From: a virus
Length of the DNA: 64,000 bases
Reading direction: 5' to 3' (one strand)
Virus record (IMG/VR): IMGVR_UViG_3300035698_019895
Location: 22,491 to 86,490 of that record
The first letter of the stretch is position 1; each line of letters starts with the position of its first letter. The notes under the pieces were generated by a model that saw nothing but the letters and a program-made list of their open reading frames with translations, did no database searches and was not told the origin of the DNA. The translations under genes were made by a program, and so were the position numbers. Shown in pieces: positions 20,316-30,961 of this stretch.

Positions 20316-20698
20316 CAAATAGGAGGGAGTCATGGGATATAGTTATTATGGAGAAGGTTATGGTAAAGAAATAGAAGTGAAAAAAGGAAGTCCTACAACT
20401 GCGAAATATGCAATATTTTATGCTATTGATGATGACCCAGTAATATTCTGTAAGAATAAAACTGAGATGAAAAAAGAATTAGCAAAAGTGAATAAAAAGA
20501 AAAATGTAGATAAAAAAAGTATCAGGATATTTGAATTAGTTGAAGATGCAAAATAATTGTAAAGGAATGAAAATGAAATGACAAGACCAAAAGCCAGAAG
20601 AAGAAAGAAAAAAAGAGGTAATAAAAAAGCTAAAAGTTTAGAATTACATAGAAAAAAACATGGAAAAAACAGAAAAAAAGAAAGGTAGGGTTTAATGT

Positions 20699-21403
20699 AT
20701 GATAGATTTAAAATCGTTGAAAAAATCTGAGATATTAAAAAGAGCGGCTTGGAAATGTCCAGTACCTGGTCATTCTAAACATAATGGTTTAGAACATCCG
20801 AGATGTTATGATAAATTAAATAAATTAACAGGAGAAAGAGTGGGAGTTTTGGATATTGAAACAGAAGATTTATCAGCAGAATATGGAATTATTTTTTGCT
20901 GGTGTCTTCTAGATATGGAAACAGATAAAATACATGAAGATATAATTACTGCAGAAGATGTTAAAAAATATAAATCTAATAAACGTAACAAACAGCCAAG
21001 AGAAGATACTAGAGTAATAGAAAGTTTAGTAAAACTTCTAAACAGTTATGATAGAGTAATTCTGCATTATGGTTCATATTTTGATTTAAAATTTATAAGA
21101 ACTAGAGCAGTTATTTGTGATGTTGATTTTCCTACATATGGCCTACTTAATCAGTCAGATACTATAAAAATGTTATGGTCTAAATTTAAATTAAAGAGAA
21201 ATAATCTAGCAAATGCTACAAGAGTACTAGTAGGCAAAACTAGAAAAGACCATTTATCTCTAGCTATTAAACATGGTTGTTTAAGAGTGGAAAAATGGGC
21301 ATTAGATGATACTATTAAACATTGTAGAAAAGATGTATTAGATACTAGAGATTTATATAACATTATACATCCTTTTGTTAGAAAAACCAATACTAGTATT
21401 TAG
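20699..21403 (+). CDS. DEDD / RNase H-like 3'-5' exonuclease (YprB-like)
   Basis: LDIETE, HYGSYFD, C..DV. Confidence 0.8.
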   Translation: MIDLKSLKKSEILKRAAWKCPVPGHSKHNGLEHPRCYDKLNKLTGERVGVLDIETEDLSAEYGIIFCWCLLDMETDKIHEDIITAEDVKKYKSNKRNKQPREDTRVIESLVKLLNSYDRVILHYGSYFDLKFIRTRAVICDVDFPTYGLLNQSDTIKMLWSKFKLKRNNLANATRVLVGKTRKDHLSLAIKHGCLRVEKWALDDTIKHCRKDVLDTRDLYNIIHPFVRKTNTSI

Positions 21404-21417
21404 GGAGTTAAATAAAT

Positions 21418-21723
21418 ATGAAAAATATACAGAGGCTTTGTCATAAAATAGCAAAAGAAAAAGGATTTTGGGACAAAGATAGAAATGATGGTGAACTAAT
21501 TGCTCTTATGCACTCAGAATTATCAGAAGCATTAGAGTGGTTAAGAAATGCACAAAAACTTAAAAAAGAAGATATGTGGAATAAAGTTGAAGAAGAAATG
21601 GCTGATTGTATAATTAGAATTTTTGACTTTTGTGAAGCTAGAGGATTAGATTTAGAAACTGCTATCTGGCAAAAGATGGATGTAAATAAGAAAAGACCAA
21701 GGAAACATGGTAAGGTATTTTAA
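21418..21723 (+). CDS. MazG-like nucleotide pyrophosphohydrolase
   Basis: HSELSEALE, EEMADCIIRIFD, KM..N..R. Confidence 0.85.
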   Translation: MKNIQRLCHKIAKEKGFWDKDRNDGELIALMHSELSEALEWLRNAQKLKKEDMWNKVEEEMADCIIRIFDFCEARGLDLETAIWQKMDVNKKRPRKHGKVF

Positions 21724-22242
21724 CCAAAACAAAGGAGGGAAGTATGAAGCTGTTACTAAATGTTCGAGATTCTGCCCAGTCGGTAGAAAGCAAACAGTTG
21801 AAAATGTCGAATAAGTCTTTAAAGAAAGACTTAAAAATTCTAGCTAAAAATGTTGCAAAGATAGAAAAAATTAAAGAAAAGCAACTAAAAGATGCAGAGA
21901 GTCTTCATTGTCTAAAAACAGATAACACAGAGTTAAAAGGCAGTGTAAAAGATTTGCAAGAAAGAGCCAATCAGTTAATAAAAGAATTAGCAGTCTAAAT
22001 TGATTAGAAAGAATCTATATAAATAGAGGAATTTTAATTATGAACGAAATGACTTTATCAAATAATGTTATTGATAATTATTATGGTATTTATATTAAAG
22101 CTGATACTAAAGAGATGAAAAAACTTTATGATATAAGTGATTCAAAAAAGAAAACAGAAGTATATATAGAAATAGATGGAAAAGTTAAAGAGATGACATT
22201 AAAAGAATTTACAAATAAAATATTTAAAGAATAAAACATAAT

Positions 22243-23067
22243 ATGCAAGTAGGAATTGTAGGACGAGGGACTGTTGGAAATGCTTTAGCATATGGTCTAT
22301 CTAGAGGACATGAAGTTCTTAGTTATGATAAATATAAAACTGAATTTCAAAATATAACTGAAATAGCAAAATGTCCAATAATATTTTTCTGTGTACCTAC
22401 TCCAATGACAGAAAATGGACGAATTGGGTTAGAAATTCTTGAAGATGCGGTATATGAAATTTTTAAAAGAATTGAAAAATTTTCAGGACAAATTTTTGTT
22501 ATTAAATCTACAACAGTTCCTGGTACAACCACATATTTTGAAAAAAAATATTTAGGAGTTCATTGGGCATTCTGTCCAGAATTTTTAAATGAACGTTCAG
22601 CTCAAGAAGATTTTGTAAATACAAACAGAATTATCATTGGAACCTGTTTAGAATCAACTAAAACAATATTAACAAATCTTTTTAGAAATGCTAAATTTAC
22701 ATGTCCTATTTATCATACAGATAATATAGTAGCTGAATTTGTAAAATATTATTGTAATATATTGGGGGCAACAAAAGTTACACTTGCAAATGAAATGTAT
22801 CAAATAGCAAAATTATTAGATATAAATTATAATAAAATAAAAAAATTAGTGATAACTAATAAATATTTTACAGACCAACATTTAGATGTTCCCGGTCAGG
22901 ATGGGAAATATGGATTTGGTGGAAAATGTTTTTCTAAAGATTTAAATGCTTTTATCTGTTTCGCTAAAGACAAAGGATATAATCCATATTTCTTAGAAGA
23001 AGTATGGAAAAACAATATTGAATTTAGAGCCAAAGGAAATAAAAATGAAATACACAAACAAATTTAA
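22243..23067 (+). CDS. UDP-glucose/GDP-mannose dehydrogenase family (short phage form)
   Basis: GRGTVG, CVPTP, KST..PGT, PEFL, GFGGKCF.KD. Confidence 0.88.
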   Translation: MQVGIVGRGTVGNALAYGLSRGHEVLSYDKYKTEFQNITEIAKCPIIFFCVPTPMTENGRIGLEILEDAVYEIFKRIEKFSGQIFVIKSTTVPGTTTYFEKKYLGVHWAFCPEFLNERSAQEDFVNTNRIIIGTCLESTKTILTNLFRNAKFTCPIYHTDNIVAEFVKYYCNILGATKVTLANEMYQIAKLLDINYNKIKKLVITNKYFTDQHLDVPGQDGKYGFGGKCFSKDLNAFICFAKDKGYNPYFLEEVWKNNIEFRAKGNKNEIHKQI

Positions 23068-23932
23068 TTTACCACTGAGTTTAGTTGATGTGATAAACAA
23101 TAAGACTTATGATTTATCTGAAGCCGACCCAAATAGGATAGGAGTTACTACATTAATCAATCCTCCTATAACTAGATTGCTTACTGTCCGTCATTGGAAA
23201 GAATTAGAAGAAGATGTTTCGGACCATCTCTGGAGAATAACGGGTAATGCCTATCACTATATTTTGGCCAAGACTAGTAGCAAAGATAGATTAATTGAAG
23301 AAAAATTGTTAGAAGTTGTAGATGGTATTACGATAGTAGGTAAATTAGATTTATATGAACAAAAACATAAGTCAATTGAAGATTACAAAGTTACTTCTGT
23401 TTGGGCTGTGAAGCTAGGAAGTAAAGAAGAATGGGAAAAACAATTAAATTGTTATGCTTGGCTATTACGAAAATCCAAACTTGAGGTTAAAGAAGCTTAT
23501 ATTAATGCTATATTAAGAGATTGGAGAAAAAAAGAAAGTAAAAAATATAATGATTATCCACCAATACCTTTTTCTAGAATAAAAGTTAAGTTGTGGTCTT
23601 TTGATGAACAACAAAAATTTGTAGAAGATAGAGTTGCATTGTACAAGTCTGTAATGAATCTTCCAGATGATGAATTACCTATATGCAGTCCAGATGAAAG
23701 ATGGGCAAAAAAAGATGTATGGGCAGTATATAAACACACTAACAAAACTGCTATGAGACTATTTGATACTGAAGATGCAGCTATAGATTTTACTTATAAT
23801 GTTTCTTGCAAAACTAGAATAGAAGAACGAAAAGGTGTTGATATGAAATGTCAGGATTATTGTCTCATAAACAAATTTTGTAAGTATTGGAAAGAAAATT
23901 ATGAACGAAAGACAAGCAAAAAAACTTCGTAA
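23045..23932 (+). CDS. PD-(D/E)xK exonuclease (Cas4/RecB-like)
   Basis: G..YH, EE, GKLD, DYK, QLN.Y, terminal C..YC.....C; ATG 23045 preferred. Confidence 0.8.
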   Translation: MKYTNKFNLPLSLVDVINNKTYDLSEADPNRIGVTTLINPPITRLLTVRHWKELEEDVSDHLWRITGNAYHYILAKTSSKDRLIEEKLLEVVDGITIVGKLDLYEQKHKSIEDYKVTSVWAVKLGSKEEWEKQLNCYAWLLRKSKLEVKEAYINAILRDWRKKESKKYNDYPPIPFSRIKVKLWSFDEQQKFVEDRVALYKSVMNLPDDELPICSPDERWAKKDVWAVYKHTNKTAMRLFDTEDAAIDFTYNVSCKTRIEERKGVDMKCQDYCLINKFCKYWKENYERKTSKKTS

Positions 23933-24202
23933 AGAAGTATATGGTGATAAAGCTATAGTTGTAAAAACATTTAAAATAGGAGGGCAGATAATCTCTGACC
24001 CAGATAGAAGAAAGTATCAGCTTTTAAAAAAAGATTATTATAGAACTGAAGATAAAAAACCATTAGAGAAAAATGTCAAGTCAATTTGATACTTATAAAC
24101 GCTGTACAAAATGTGACAAACCATTTAAAAATTATGTAGACACAGATAGATGTCCGAAGTGTAAAAGCAAAAAATATGTTATTAATTTACTAAAGGAAAA
24201 GA

Positions 24203-24832
24203 ATGAAAATAATAAAACCAAGCGTTGAAATACTAACAATGACTCCTGATATATTAAGAACAATAGAAAAAGCAGGTAGAACTTGTTACAAATCAGAGAG
24301 CAAAATAACAAAAGACAGTTCTAAAAAGTTCATTAGTGGTATTATTAAACGAGGACACGAGTCTGTAATAGAACATGGAGTTGTTACTGTCAAGATTATA
24401 TGTGATAGAGGAATTTTAGGCGAAATAACACGCCATAGATTGGCAAGTTATTCTGTTGAATCTACTCGATATGTTAATTACAAAGAGGGACTTACAGTTG
24501 TAGAACCAATCTTCTGGAGAAGAGAAGATGCTCATAAAAATGGAAAATTAAAATATATAACATGGAAAAATGCAATGATTCAAGCAGAAGAGAATTACAA
24601 AACTCTTATCCAAGATGGAGCAAAGCCAGAAGAAGCAAGAACTGTATTACCTGCTTCTCTAAAGACAGAGATAATAATGACATGTAATTTAAGAGAATGG
24701 AGACATTTCTTTAAAGTTCGTTCTGAAAAAGGTGCACATCCGCAAGCAAGAGAAGTTGCTTTTATGATTTTAGAAGAATTTAAAAAGAAAATCCCAGTCA
24801 TATTTGATGATTTAAAAAATGAAAAAGAATAA
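24203..24832 (+). CDS. thyX: Flavin-dependent thymidylate synthase
   Basis: GHESVIEH, RHR...S.ES.RY, AR..LP, NLREWRHF..R, AHPQ.R. Confidence 0.95.
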   Translation: MKIIKPSVEILTMTPDILRTIEKAGRTCYKSESKITKDSSKKFISGIIKRGHESVIEHGVVTVKIICDRGILGEITRHRLASYSVESTRYVNYKEGLTVVEPIFWRREDAHKNGKLKYITWKNAMIQAEENYKTLIQDGAKPEEARTVLPASLKTEIIMTCNLREWRHFFKVRSEKGAHPQAREVAFMILEEFKKKIPVIFDDLKNEKE

Positions 24833-25951
24833 AAAATTAATTCCTAAAAATAAATGTTATTGTTATAACTATTTAAAACCTATGAAAAATGGAAGATATA
24901 AAGTAATGGGTTTATGTCCATATTGGTCTATTAGAAAAGGAAAACCAAAACAAAATAATGGCTATTGTGCTTATTTAGAGAAGGGAGATTGGGAAATAAA
25001 TGCTGAAAAGAGATGGCGACAAATCCATAACAAAAGAGGCAAAGATACTTATGGAAAATATAGAAGTGCTTATGAAATGGGATTTCCTATGTCATTGATA
25101 TGGGACCAAGTTAAAGAATGTAAAATAAATGAGGAGGAATAATAATGTATCATGCAGGGTTTATAAATGCAAAAGATTATAATGGTAGATTGTATCGAGA
25201 AAAAATAACAGGAAATTCACTTGCATATTGCTCCCATTCATATATTATAAAACCAAGATTTGAAGATAGAGATAAAACTATTGCCAATGAATTCTCTTAT
25301 CCTGTAAAAACATTTGATGGTTTCAAAGGAATATGCGAATATTGTGGAGAAGTAATTTTAATACGTTCAGAAGATGTTATAGATGATGAAACTTTTGATA
25401 AACGAATAGATGAAAGAGTAAAAGAAATAAACGAAAAATCAAGGAGAAAAAAATGAAGATAAGAAGAAGAGTTTATGATAAAGCAAAAGGCACTACGAAA
25501 GTTAAAATAGAAACAGCTTCGCTAGTAAAAAAAAGCGATAAAACAGTATTAGTTAAACTTGGCAATAATGATGTAATTAAAAGAAAAATAAAGGATGTAG
25601 TAGAATGGGACAAAAAGAAAAAGTGATTTTAAAAGATATACCATTAGTTATAATGTGTTTTATAGTTTTTGGTATTGGGGATTTATTAAGAAAGGTAAAA
25701 CACTTATGGCGAAAATAAAGGAGGAAATATGTCAGGATTTATATCAAGAGAAGCAATGATAGAACAAATAATTTATTGTACAGCCGGAGGAGATAACTGG
25801 GATAAACATAGAAAAAACATTATAAATAATTTAAATAATTTTATTACTATGCACCACACTCCAAAAGTAGATATTGTTAGAACAGAAGATGGTGATGTAT
25901 TATTTAATTGTGATAAAATAATTAGTGAAACTGTAACAAAAAAGGAATAAA

Positions 25952-26290
25952 ATGGCGAAAATAGCCTTTGATATAGATGACACCCTAGCAAAAATAGTTG
26001 CACAAGGACAAGAATATGTCCAAGTACCTGACTATGATTTAATTCAAGTGATGAGATGGTTCATCAATAATGGAGATGAAGTTTATGTTTGGTCTGCAGG
26101 AGGAGTAGATTATGCTCAAATGTGGCTTAGAAAACTAGGACTTACTGATTCAGTAACAGTTATACCAAAAGTAGATTTGGGTGAAACACATCCTAATATG
26201 GATATTGCTTTCGATGATTGTGAAACTAAATTAGCTAAAGTAGATATTATAGTAAAAAGAAAATTAGGAATTGGACCAAAAAGAACATGA
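25952..26290 (+). CDS. HAD-superfamily phosphatase
   Basis: FDIDDTL, WSAGG, FDD. Confidence 0.75.
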   Translation: MAKIAFDIDDTLAKIVAQGQEYVQVPDYDLIQVMRWFINNGDEVYVWSAGGVDYAQMWLRKLGLTDSVTVIPKVDLGETHPNMDIAFDDCETKLAKVDIIVKRKLGIGPKRT

Positions 26291-26973
26291 AGAAATCAGT
26301 AATATTAATAGGGGCAGGAAAAAGTGTTAGAGAAGGAATTGAAAAAGGTCTCTGGGAAAAGATTAAAGAGAAAACTATTTGGTCTTGTAACTATGCTTTT
26401 ATGACTATGCCTTATCTACCAAAAAGAGAACTCTTTGTAGATAGAGAATTTTATCTAAAAAATACAAATGCTTTGCAAGCTATATCTGATGAAGGAGTAG
26501 AAATGATTGCTCGTTATCAGTCACATTATGAAGCAGTAGGTTCAATTACAGGATATCAAACAACAAGATTACCAACTGGTTATAAAGGTAAACAAGCATT
26601 AAAAACAGATGGAACTCCTCATATTTATATAGGAGAAATGAATTTAGTAGGAACTTTTGCACTTTCATTAGCAATAGCAGAAGACTATGAAACTATTTAT
26701 TTACTCGGTTATGATTTTGGACCAACAAGTTATGAAGATAAAGATACTCATTATTATCAAGGAAAATTAGATGTATGGTCTGTAGGTGTAGGAAACCCAT
26801 CAGTTTATTTAAAAACTGATGGAAAAGTTGCAGATAATGTTAGAGATTTTAAAGTTTTTACACAAGAGAAAGATATTCAGATTTTTAATGTATCTTTGAA
26901 TAGTAATATTCCATATTTTACAAAACTCTCATATGAAACGTTCTTTAAAAAGATAGGAGATAATAATGTTTAA
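26287..26973 (+). CDS. Putative glycosyltransferase-related protein (Maf/GT-like)
   Basis: IGAG.S, CN, LLGYDF, H.Y, FNVS..S pattern. Confidence 0.5.
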   Translation: MKKSVILIGAGKSVREGIEKGLWEKIKEKTIWSCNYAFMTMPYLPKRELFVDREFYLKNTNALQAISDEGVEMIARYQSHYEAVGSITGYQTTRLPTGYKGKQALKTDGTPHIYIGEMNLVGTFALSLAIAEDYETIYLLGYDFGPTSYEDKDTHYYQGKLDVWSVGVGNPSVYLKTDGKVADNVRDFKVFTQEKDIQIFNVSLNSNIPYFTKLSYETFFKKIGDNNV

Positions 26974-27267
26974 ATGTAATAAGTGTGGGAAAACTACACA
27001 ACCAAGAGAAGGAATGAATAAGATAATGTTAAATCGTAGAGAAAAACAATATTATACTGCAACTTTTAGACATAAAAAAAATAATAATAAAATGATAAAA
27101 TACGTTAAACCTTATGATGAAGAGTTGGAAAAATTAAAAAGAGATAATTGGGAACTTATTTCTGAAAAACAGACTAAAGGATGGGAAATAGTTTCCGAAT
27201 TAAATTTGTGTGAAGAATGTAATAGACAGAATATAGAGAAAATTAAAACGGAGGAAACAATTAAAAC

Positions 27268-27957
27268 ATGAAGAAAAAAATTCTAGCTTTAGTAATGATT
27301 TTGTTCTTAATGGCAAGCCCAATAGTATTGGGTGATGCAGGAGTCGCAGGAGTTATTGGTTCAGGTTCGGCAAGTGATTCGACTTCCACTGCAACAGGCG
27401 GTGCTGGTGGCGCAGGTGGTAATGCAGTAGCTGGTGGTGGAACTGGCGTAGGGACAGGAGTAGGAACAGGCATTGGTGGAGACTCAAGTGCTATGTCAGG
27501 TTCTAACGCACAGCAATTAGGTATAGTAGAACAAGGTAGCGAGCAAGCTACTGCTGTAGATGCAAGTAAAAAGAATAATGTATTTGCACCAGTATTTGTT
27601 GCACCGTCGCTTAACCCAACAAAGGGAATGGCAGAGGCACAACTCAATACCTTTTTTGGAGGATTAGGTTTTTCACAGACAGAAGAGTATTCAACTTGTT
27701 CAGAAAGCATAAAGCTAACGCTTGAAGCTTTAAGAGCAGGTATTATTAATATAGATGAAGCAAAAGTAGAATATCTAGCAGCAAAAGCACAATATAAAGA
27801 TGCAACAGCACCTAAGAGACTTTGTAGCATAGGTCCAAAAACAAGAGGGAGACATCTTCTTAATGGTTTTGGTTTACTAGCTAACGATGGTTGTAAAGAG
27901 TTCAATACTGATAATTTGTTCGGGTTGAAAAATTTATTTTCAAAGAAAAACAAGTAA
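27268..27957 (+). CDS. Secreted Gly/Ala-rich protein
   Basis: GGAGG RBS, signal peptide MKKKILALVMILFLMA, GVGTGVGTGIGG repeats. Confidence 0.7.
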   Translation: MKKKILALVMILFLMASPIVLGDAGVAGVIGSGSASDSTSTATGGAGGAGGNAVAGGGTGVGTGVGTGIGGDSSAMSGSNAQQLGIVEQGSEQATAVDASKKNNVFAPVFVAPSLNPTKGMAEAQLNTFFGGLGFSQTEEYSTCSESIKLTLEALRAGIINIDEAKVEYLAAKAQYKDATAPKRLCSIGPKTRGRHLLNGFGLLANDGCKEFNTDNLFGLKNLFSKKNK

Positions 27958-27995
27958 ATTAAATATTCTGTCTATTACATTTAATTTAAAATATT

Positions 27996-28370
27996 ATGAA
28001 AGTAATTATAGCAGGAAGTAGAAATATAAATAATATTGCATTAGTAGAAGCTGCTTGCTTCAAAGCTATGCAACGTTGGAGAAAGCATGGAGTTGGATTT
28101 TACATTACTGAAGTAGTTTGTGGTGAAGCTAGAGGAGTTGATAGCTTAGGTAAAGAACTAGCTAAAAAAGCAGGAATTCCTATAAAATCATTTCCAGCTG
28201 ATTGGGATAAATATGGGAAACAAGCAGGATATATTAGAAATGCAGCTATGACTAAATATGCAGAAGCATTAATAGCAATTTGGGATGGGCAAAGTCGAGG
28301 CACTAAAATGATGATAGATTTAGCTAAAAGAGCTAAATTAAAAGTATTTGTTTATCAAGTAGAAGGATAA
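27996..28370 (+). CDS. SLOG-family protein (YspA/DUF2493-like)
   Basis: IAGSR, G.ARGVD, PADW..YGK.AG.IRN, WDG.SRGT. Confidence 0.85.
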   Translation: MKVIIAGSRNINNIALVEAACFKAMQRWRKHGVGFYITEVVCGEARGVDSLGKELAKKAGIPIKSFPADWDKYGKQAGYIRNAAMTKYAEALIAIWDGQSRGTKMMIDLAKRAKLKVFVYQVEG

Positions 28371-28373
28371 AAA

Positions 28374-28880
28374 ATGACTATAATAATTCAAGCTAAAAAA
28401 ATAATAGAATCTTTATCTCAAATGAAAGAACAGCCTGCTTCAGTTTCAGGAAAATATCATTTCGGAGAAACTTTATTAGAACATACTGAACGTTGTGTTA
28501 GTATAATGTATAATATTTGTGATAGTTTGAATATTCAAGAAAGCGATAGAGAAATGTTAGTTGCTTCAGCTTATTTACATGATATAGGTAAAGTACTGAT
28601 TACTAGAAAAGGTCATGAAGATTTATCTTGTTGGAAATATTTTTCTAAAACAGGTTATAGTAGAATAGATGCTTTTATGCATTTACATCCTATATTATCT
28701 GCTGTTATGTTAGATGATTTTGAACTAGATAGAAAAGAAGAAATAAAAAGATTAGTTTCTGTTCATATGGGACATTGGTATAAAGAATGTCCACAACCTG
28801 AAACTTTATATGAAAAGCTAATTGTATTAGCTGATTATTTAGCTTATCAGAAAGAATTATTTAATTATAAAGAGAAATAA
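28374..28880 (+). CDS. HD-domain phosphohydrolase
   Basis: H...EHT, LHDIGK, H, HMG, LAD. Confidence 0.85.
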   Translation: MTIIIQAKKIIESLSQMKEQPASVSGKYHFGETLLEHTERCVSIMYNICDSLNIQESDREMLVASAYLHDIGKVLITRKGHEDLSCWKYFSKTGYSRIDAFMHLHPILSAVMLDDFELDRKEEIKRLVSVHMGHWYKECPQPETLYEKLIVLADYLAYQKELFNYKEK

Positions 28881-29210
28881 AAATGATAGAATATATATTA
28901 TTAGGTGCATTCTTATTCGGTGTATTTGTAGGTTATATTATACGAAGTATGGAGTAAATATGAATAAAGATAAAACAAAAAGACTGTCTAAACATAGACA
29001 TGAATTGAAAGAAAAAAAGAAAAAACATAGTAATAGACATAAACATACTTGGATAAAATATCAGGATTTCAATACAGTTACAATGATGAAATGTAAAGAT
29101 TGCAATAAACTAGTTTTTCCAAATAAAAAAATAAATAAATGTGTAGTAAAAGGATGTTTTGGGAAGGCTAAATACAGACCACCGTTAGATACAAAAGCTT
29201 GGAAAGAAAT

Positions 29211-29912
29211 ATGCAAAAAATTAAAGTAGGATTACTAGGACTAGGTAGAACAGGACGAATAGTAGCTGAATCTCTATTCAAAGATGGAAGATTTGATTTA
29301 GTATTTGCTGTTAAAAAAACTCCTCCTAAAATTCAAGATTATGATTTTAGTGTAGAACCTAGAGAGATGCTTCCAAAATTAATTAGAGAATTTCAACCAA
29401 ATATTATAGTAGATTTTACAACTCCAGAAGCTACTTTAGAAAATATAAAAAATCTAAGTGAAAATATAGGTATGGTTGTAGCTACTACAGGATTTACAGA
29501 TAATCAGATTGATGAGTTAAAAATGCAATCTCTCAAGATACTTTATGCTCCAAATATTTCAGACGGTATAAACATCTTAATGAGTGCTTGTAAAACTATT
29601 GATAGATTATGGCCAGATGCAGATGTTGAAATAATAGAACAACATTTTAAAGGTAAAAAAGATGCACCTTCTGGAACTGCAAAAAAGATAGCAAATGTAT
29701 TTGAAAAAGATGTTTGTATACATGCAGTTAGAGCTGGAGGAATAGTTGGAATGCATAAAGTAATATTTGCTAGACCTAATCAAAAAATTATAATAGAACA
29801 TGAAAGTTTTTCTAAAGAAGTATTTGCAGAGGGAGCAAAAAGAGCTGTATTGTGGTTACATAAACAAGAACCCGGATTTTATGAAATGAATGATATTTTT
29901 AATGGAAGATAA
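29211..29912 (+). CDS. dapB: 4-hydroxy-tetrahydrodipicolinate reductase
   Basis: G.GRTG, DFT.P, ATTG, APN.S.G, IE.H...KKDAPSGTA, R.G..VG.H.V, FA.GA. Confidence 0.88.
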   Translation: MQKIKVGLLGLGRTGRIVAESLFKDGRFDLVFAVKKTPPKIQDYDFSVEPREMLPKLIREFQPNIIVDFTTPEATLENIKNLSENIGMVVATTGFTDNQIDELKMQSLKILYAPNISDGINILMSACKTIDRLWPDADVEIIEQHFKGKKDAPSGTAKKIANVFEKDVCIHAVRAGGIVGMHKVIFARPNQKIIIEHESFSKEVFAEGAKRAVLWLHKQEPGFYEMNDIFNGR

Positions 29913-29946
29913 AAAAGAAAAGTGATTAACCCCTTGAAAGGAAGAT

Positions 29947-30315
29947 ATGAAGCTACAAGACCAAGTCGTAAGTTTAGAGTTATCTAAGCAGTTAAAAGAG
30001 GCAGGATATAGGCAAGAAGGCTTATGGTGGTGGCAACTGACAGGTTTTCCAATAGAAGAATATTACAATGGAAAATTAACTAATAATCCTAATAATGAAA
30101 CGTTAAGAGCCATTATCGCTCCCACAGTTGCAGAGTTAGGGGAAGCGTTGCCTGATACATTTGTATCAGGACAATTAGATATAAAAAGTAATAAACCACA
30201 TACCTTTGCTTGTTATGGGTGGTCACAAATTCCACAACAAGAGGCCGACACCGAAGCCAATGCCAGAGCAAAAATGTGGTTATATTTAAAAAAAGAAAGG
30301 AAGAAAAGTGGCTAA
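29947..30315 (+). CDS. Phage hypothetical protein, paralog of 9188-9538
   Basis: Same three conserved blocks at protein and DNA level. Confidence 0.7.
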   Translation: MKLQDQVVSLELSKQLKEAGYRQEGLWWWQLTGFPIEEYYNGKLTNNPNNETLRAIIAPTVAELGEALPDTFVSGQLDIKSNKPHTFACYGWSQIPQQEADTEANARAKMWLYLKKERKKSG

Positions 30316-30961
30316 AGAAAAAATAATTCTTTCAGCAATTGTAGGGTCTCATGCATATGGATTAGCTAATGAAGATAGTGATATAGATACTTTAGGAATC
30401 TATGTAGCTCCAACTCAAGAAGTACTAGGAATACGCAATATAAAAGAAACTATACACAAAACTAATCCAGATGTTACATATCATGAAGTAAAGAAATTTA
30501 TTAGTTTAGCTTTGAAATGTAATCCTACTATTTTAGAATTATTGTTTGTAGATAAGTATCTCAAACAAACTCCAGAAGGATTACTATTAGTACATAATAG
30601 AAAAGCATTTTTAAGCAGAATTATATATAACTCTTATGGTGGATATGCTATATCTCAAGCTCGCAAATTAAATGCGAAAGGAACTTTTCCATCAAAAGTA
30701 AAGAATAGATATGCAAAACATGCCAGACATGTTTATAGATTATTAGACCAAGGTCGACAACTTCTTGAAACAGGTAATTTGAATGTTAAAGTTAAGAACA
30801 GAGATGAACTGATGAGAATAGGAGAACTACCTGTATATGAATTAATTACAAAATTTGAAAAGGATTTTAAAAAGTTTGACCAAACTGTGACTACATTACC
30901 AGATAAACCTGATTATGAAACTATCAATAAAATACTTCTGGAAATTAGGAGTTACAATTAA
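30308..30961 (+). CDS. Pol beta-superfamily nucleotidyltransferase (YcgL/RlaP-like)
   Basis: GSHAYGL...SD.D..G, NP.ILE, K...H..RL. Confidence 0.82.
   Translation: MAKEKIILSAIVGSHAYGLANEDSDIDTLGIYVAPTQEVLGIRNIKETIHKTNPDVTYHEVKKFISLALKCNPTILELLFVDKYLKQTPEGLLLVHNRKAFLSRIIYNSYGGYAISQARKLNAKGTFPSKVKNRYAKHARHVYRLLDQGRQLLETGNLNVKVKNRDELMRIGELPVYELITKFEKDFKKFDQTVTTLPDKPDYETINKILLEIRSYN

Noticed and set aside
23045-23932. Cas4-like gene as evidence of CRISPR-Cas
   Set aside because: No repeat-spacer array or other cas genes seen; stand-alone nucleases of this type are common in phages
27261-27953. 230 aa antisense ORF
   Set aside because: Mirror of the Gly/Ala-rich plus-strand gene, which has the RBS and signal peptide
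27955-27988. 10-bp inverted repeat TAAATTAAAT/ATTTAATTTA
   Set aside because: Purely A/T in a very AT-rich genome; may be chance, no supporting evidence
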